Shown: positions 55,817-59,424 of the stretch, one piece after another
Layout of the letters: each line of letters starts with the position of its first letter
Numbering within the stretch: the first letter of the stretch is position 1
Assembly: GCA_021810455.1 (NCBI GenBank)
Contig: JAJZIU010000002.1
Location: 1-59,424, forward strand
DNA: 59,424 bases
Reading direction: 5' to 3'
Source of the DNA: Candidatus Micrarchaeota archaeon
GTDB lineage: Archaea; Micrarchaeota; Micrarchaeia; Micrarchaeales; CABMGC01
Position numbers and translations under genes: made by a program
Notes under the pieces: generated by a model
What the model saw: the letters and a program-made list of their open reading frames with translations, nothing else
The model's database searches: none
What the model was told of the DNA's origin: nothing

Positions 55817-57537
55817 AGTTTCTTTTCAACAAAAAACGAACCTATAGAAAGATTCTTCGCCCCTGTATTAAGTAATGTCCATATTGCGTTTTCAGGGTTT
55901 ATGGCTATTGGAAAACCGTGTTTGTTAAGGCTAGTGTTGAGTACCGCACCAATACCTGTTTTCTTTTTAAGTGTTAAAAGAAGTTCGCGATAAAGCTTAT
56001 TTTCATTCCCGAGCATCTGAGGCCTCGTAGTTCCGTCTATATGCGAAGCGGCAGCCAAGCTTCCTGCGTTATCCTTATTTACATTGTAAGCTACAGTCAT
56101 GAATCTATTTGTTTTTGCTGCGTTTTCTAGTAGTTCATTTTTATCTTCTTCCAGAATCGTGCTCGCGAATGGTTGGTAATAAGGGCGCTTCTTTATTATC
56201 AGATTTATGGCTTTCCTATTTTCGATCTTGTTTGCCAAAGCGATTACACTCCTGTTTCCTAATGCCCTCGGACCGTATTCCATCCTACCTTGAAACCATA
56301 GGAATATGTCGTTTTTATCAACCATTTTTTCTGCAGTAAACCCAGCTATATCTACTCTTTCTTCATATGTTATCTTATTCTCTGAAGAATACTTTTTTAA
56401 CACATGTTCTATTTCTTCTGGGGAATACTCTGGACCGTAGTACACATTATCTATCTGCTTGTGGTTTATCCTGCCATTTGTGAGGAAATCCACATAAAAA
56501 GCTGCTCCAAGAGCAAGACCTCCATCGCCCATTTGAGGAAAAACAAAAAGATTGTCTACTTCGGGTAGTTGATTTACCAACATATTTACTATAACATTTG
56601 AGAAAAACCCACCAGCAACAGCAACATTGTGGATGTTTGTCTCATGTATGTACTGCTTTATGATCTTGAGAACTTGAGATTCCACATGGCGTTGTACTGC
56701 ATATGCAAAAGCTTCTCTTTCATGATTCCAAAGGAAATGATTTTTTAGGTATTCTGCTAGAAGATATTCGAATTTCGGTCCCTTTTTGCTTACTAGTTGA
56801 CGTTTATGTTCATCATAGTGCACCACATCATTTAATTCCTTTATCTCTGTGGGATAAGAATATGCAGCAAGGCTCATTAATTTGCCTTCGTCTTCACTAT
56901 ATCGCATATCCAATGCGATAGTAGCTGCTCCGTAGAATATACCGAGACTTGATCCTGCATTGAATTGGTTTATTCGTTTGATTGTGCCATTGTCACCTAT
57001 GGAAACAGTGCCGCTTAACCCATCACCGGCTCCATCCAGAGTTATAATTAATGCTTCTTTGAATCCTGAAGGATAATAAGCCGAGGAAGCATGTGCAAGA
57101 TGATGATCAACAAAATGTATCTTTTTATTTATTCCGAAATTCGATAATCTTTTGCTAATAATCCGCGTACCTATGCCTACACCAGCCCTTTTCCACAATG
57201 ATTTTGGCCTTTGGTTTTGCATAACGTTAAAAATCATGTTTCGGAAATTAAGACTTAGATTTGATGGTTTTTTGACTTCCTTTCTCCAAAGCATCCTTCT
57301 ATTTGCCTCTAGTTTAGGATACATTCTTGCAAAAAGTGCGCTGCCTCCGTACCAAGGAACTGCTATATTTTGCACGTCTTCGGATGTTTCAAGTAAATAT
57401 CGTATAGAATGAATTGGAAACCCAACATCATTCTTCTTTTTAGTGAATCTTTCCTCGTTTATTGCGCCTTTTATCACACCATCGGCTACTGTTGCAGCAC
57501 CGGCATCGTGCATATCATGAATACCAAGTGTTGTCAT
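55813..57537 (-). CDS. Carbamoyltransferase (NodU/CmcH/TobZ family)
   Basis: LGIHDMHDAGAATVADG...NEERFTKKKN N-terminus (ASKHA/Kae1-like), HHLAHASSAYY, and a C-terminal LNTSLNKHGFPI. Confidence 0.85.
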   Translation of the reverse strand: MTTLGIHDMHDAGAATVADGVIKGAINEERFTKKKNDVGFPIHSIRYLLETSEDVQNIAVPWYGGSALFARMYPKLEANRRMLWRKEVKKPSNLSLNFRNMIFNVMQNQRPKSLWKRAGVGIGTRIISKRLSNFGINKKIHFVDHHLAHASSAYYPSGFKEALIITLDGAGDGLSGTVSIGDNGTIKRINQFNAGSSLGIFYGAATIALDMRYSEDEGKLMSLAAYSYPTEIKELNDVVHYDEHKRQLVSKKGPKFEYLLAEYLKNHFLWNHEREAFAYAVQRHVESQVLKIIKQYIHETNIHNVAVAGGFFSNVIVNMLVNQLPEVDNLFVFPQMGDGGLALGAAFYVDFLTNGRINHKQIDNVYYGPEYSPEEIEHVLKKYSSENKITYEERVDIAGFTAEKMVDKNDIFLWFQGRMEYGPRALGNRSVIALANKIENRKAINLIIKKRPYYQPFASTILEEDKNELLENAAKTNRFMTVAYNVNKDNAGSLAAASHIDGTTRPQMLGNENKLYRELLLTLKKKTGIGAVLNTSLNKHGFPIAINPENAIWTLLNTGAKNLSIGSFFVEKKL

Positions 57538-57668
57538 TTTATCAGATTATTAATAGATTGTTAAGTAGTACAGATTTAAACCCTTTAGTACAGGTCTGGT
57601 TTTGGTTTTATTGAAATAGATAGTCTTATATCCTTTAACCCATTAATATCTTCATAAGGGCAGATATT

Positions 57669-57935
57669 ATGAAGCTTAACATAATAGAAGATGAACCTAA
57701 GAATCTTATAATTGAATTCGATGAAGTAGATAGGGGTGTAGCGGAACTCATAAAAGATAAATTATATAAGAATAAGGAAGTCGAATTTGTAACGGTTATG
57801 CAAACTCATCCGGAAACAGGAAAGCCAAGACTGATAGTTAAATCTACAAAAAATGCAAGAACACTAGTCCTAAAATCATTGGAAGATCTGCAAGAGGAAT
57901 TTAAAGAACTCACATCCCAGTTCCCTAAAAAATGA
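57669..57935 (+). CDS. rpoL: DNA-directed RNA polymerase subunit L (Rpo11)
   Basis: 88 aa with the MKLNIIEDEPKNLIIEFDEVDRGVAELIKDKL...VEFVTVMQTHP pattern of RpoL. Confidence 0.8.
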   Translation: MKLNIIEDEPKNLIIEFDEVDRGVAELIKDKLYKNKEVEFVTVMQTHPETGKPRLIVKSTKNARTLVLKSLEDLQEEFKELTSQFPKK

Positions 57936-58492
57936 AGGCTACATTGAAGAAAGGCATACGAATACTCGCAATTGATGATGCGAGATACACAAAAGGTAAT
58001 GGGAAGGTTCTGGTAGTAGGTGTTGTTGGCAGGGATGAAACTGTTGAAGGTGTTTTGTCATTTCTAGTAGATCATGATGGAAATGATGCCACAAAAAAAG
58101 TTTATGCTTCATTGAAAAAATCAAGATTTGGAGACCAAGTAAAACTTATTGTTATAAATGGGATAACATTAGGAGGATTGAACATTGTAGACATGCAATA
58201 TTTAGCAAAAAATACAAGCATACCTGCAGTTGGTGTCACTAGGAAAAAACCACACATAGAATTACTCAGAAAAGCAGTGATGAAAAGTGAGAGAAATTCG
58301 GATAAATTAACCATACTGAACAACGTATCTAAACATGTCAAAATTTACAAAATGAAAGGATACTACGTACAATGTTTCGGAGTTAGTAAAGAAAGTTTAC
58401 TACCTTTTGCAGATAGTATTATATCGCTACTTAGACTTGCGCACATCATAGCCAGAGGAGTATCATCAGGAGAGTCGAAGGGAAGAATATGA
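57932..58492 (+). CDS. DUF99/UPF0215 family protein (endonuclease V-like fold)
   Basis: IRILAIDDA...VVGVVGR...VEGVL...DGNDAT pattern. Overlaps the rpoL stop by 4 nt. Confidence 0.7.
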   Translation: MKATLKKGIRILAIDDARYTKGNGKVLVVGVVGRDETVEGVLSFLVDHDGNDATKKVYASLKKSRFGDQVKLIVINGITLGGLNIVDMQYLAKNTSIPAVGVTRKKPHIELLRKAVMKSERNSDKLTILNNVSKHVKIYKMKGYYVQCFGVSKESLLPFADSIISLLRLAHIIARGVSSGESKGRI

Positions 58493-58497
58493 TGGAG

Positions 58498-59226
58498 TTA
58501 TCTCTTAAGATTTTTCATTAATGCGAGTACTTCACCATACTCTTTGAAATTTCCATTTGATTTTGCAATTTGAGCGCCTTCTTCTAAAGCCTTAATAGCA
58601 GCATCCTTGTTACTGCCAAAACCCAATATTGTACCATTAGCCTCAACGTTTGCGTAGGATATTAACGTTTTTACAGCCTTTTCAGAGTATTCTGACTTGA
58701 GTGCAGGAAAACCGAATTGTGAAGCTATCTGAGATGCATCATTGTAAAATTTTGCAGCGCGCACAGGATAGTCGGAATAATCATTTCCTAGTTTAACATA
58801 TTCGTTTATCGCATATTTTGCTATATCCCTTGAAATTTTTGTATTTCCAGAGGCTTGGATTTGATCTGCCAACATCATCGTGCTTTGAATTGCCGAGATA
58901 GGATTGACTATGGCTTGTGATTCTGCGTTTTCCATCCCGATCTTTATTGGAGAATTATTTGGCATGCGATTTAGCCATGTTTGTGAAGAAACACGGGTTT
59001 GAACTTCTGGAGACTTTTGTAATTGGGTAGAATTTCCATTTGTACTTAGTATAAGTACTGCTGCAGCAGCCCCAGCAACAACTGCATTTCTAACAAGTTT
59101 AGAAGGATTGACACGCCAAGTTTTTCTAGTTGAAGGTTTTCTTACCACTTCAGATAATTCTACATTATGCATTTTTGTTAATGGTTCCTTATTTGTGCTA
59201 TTGGATTTAATTTTCATATAAAACAT
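58498..59226 (-). CDS. Hypothetical single-pass membrane protein
   Basis: 242-aa ORF with one TM (AVVAGAAAAVLILS) and a helical C-terminal domain. No motif recognised. Confidence 0.4.
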   Translation of the reverse strand: MFYMKIKSNSTNKEPLTKMHNVELSEVVRKPSTRKTWRVNPSKLVRNAVVAGAAAAVLILSTNGNSTQLQKSPEVQTRVSSQTWLNRMPNNSPIKIGMENAESQAIVNPISAIQSTMMLADQIQASGNTKISRDIAKYAINEYVKLGNDYSDYPVRAAKFYNDASQIASQFGFPALKSEYSEKAVKTLISYANVEANGTILGFGSNKDAAIKALEEGAQIAKSNGNFKEYGEVLALMKNLKR

Positions 59227-59424
59227 TCCTCACGAATAGAGCTTGTAGTACGAGTAAAGTAGTATTGATCTTGATATTTAAATGTTTCTATATCATGGGC
59301 TGTGTCCAATAAATACGACCAAATGATGATATCCGACACTAGGATTAGTGATGTTTAATTCAGGCGATGTATCTGTTGTACATCACTGCCTTTAAAAGAA
59401 GTTCTTTTTCTATCATCTTTGTCG

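Noticed and set aside
59323-59390. Possible C/D-box sRNA (ATGATGA at 59323-59329, GTGATGT about 20 nt downstream).
   Set aside because: No CTGA D or D' boxes are present at the required spacing, and there is no terminal stem. The motif is probably fortuitous.

Overview
All calls were made by eye from the sequence and the ORF track; nothing was computed or searched.

This is a gene-dense, low-GC archaeal chromosomal segment. Most of it is conserved housekeeping:
- class I HMG-CoA reductase, a UbiA/DGGGP-type prenyltransferase, endonuclease IV, Sua5
- ArgRS, directly abutted by an intron-containing tRNA-Arg
- a complete A1AO ATP synthase operon in the archaeal order atpH-I-K-E-C-F-A-B-D (21.9-30.05 kb)
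- a suf operon (Cys-rich HTH regulator, then sufB-D-C-S), Rad50, FtsZ, tRNA-Gly
- the archaeal S19e / PDCD5-like / L39e / L31e / aIF6 / prefoldin alpha / FtsY cluster, RpoL and DUF99

The MEYLMTYGW-type class III signal peptides, the T-loop tRNA intron and the compact overlapping genes suggest a DPANN (Micrarchaeota-like) or Thermoplasmata-like organism. The taxon cannot be assigned from the sequence alone.

The clear accessory region is 30.05-38.08 kb. It contains a structured non-coding stretch, a decayed IS110-family element with 14-bp inverted repeats, and a (CT)9 tract. These are followed by a five-gene co-directional operon of surface proteins:
- three paralogous pilin-signal + LamG-domain proteins with conserved termini and divergent cores
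- an ~830-aa pilin-signal adhesin (Ig-like region, Thr/Ser linker, 7-blade YVTN propeller)
- a membrane-anchored spherulin-4/GH135-like protein

This operon is my best candidate for an undescribed attachment / surface-variation module.

Other notable items:
- a stand-alone GGDEF protein with an intact I-site, rare in archaea
- a perfect 55-bp tandem duplication at the rad50/ftsZ convergent ends
- an orphan Rad50 with no Mre11 nearby
- a DsbA-like protein lacking its CxxC
- a GT-C glycosyltransferase / secreted beta-helix protein / carbamoyltransferase surface-glycan cluster
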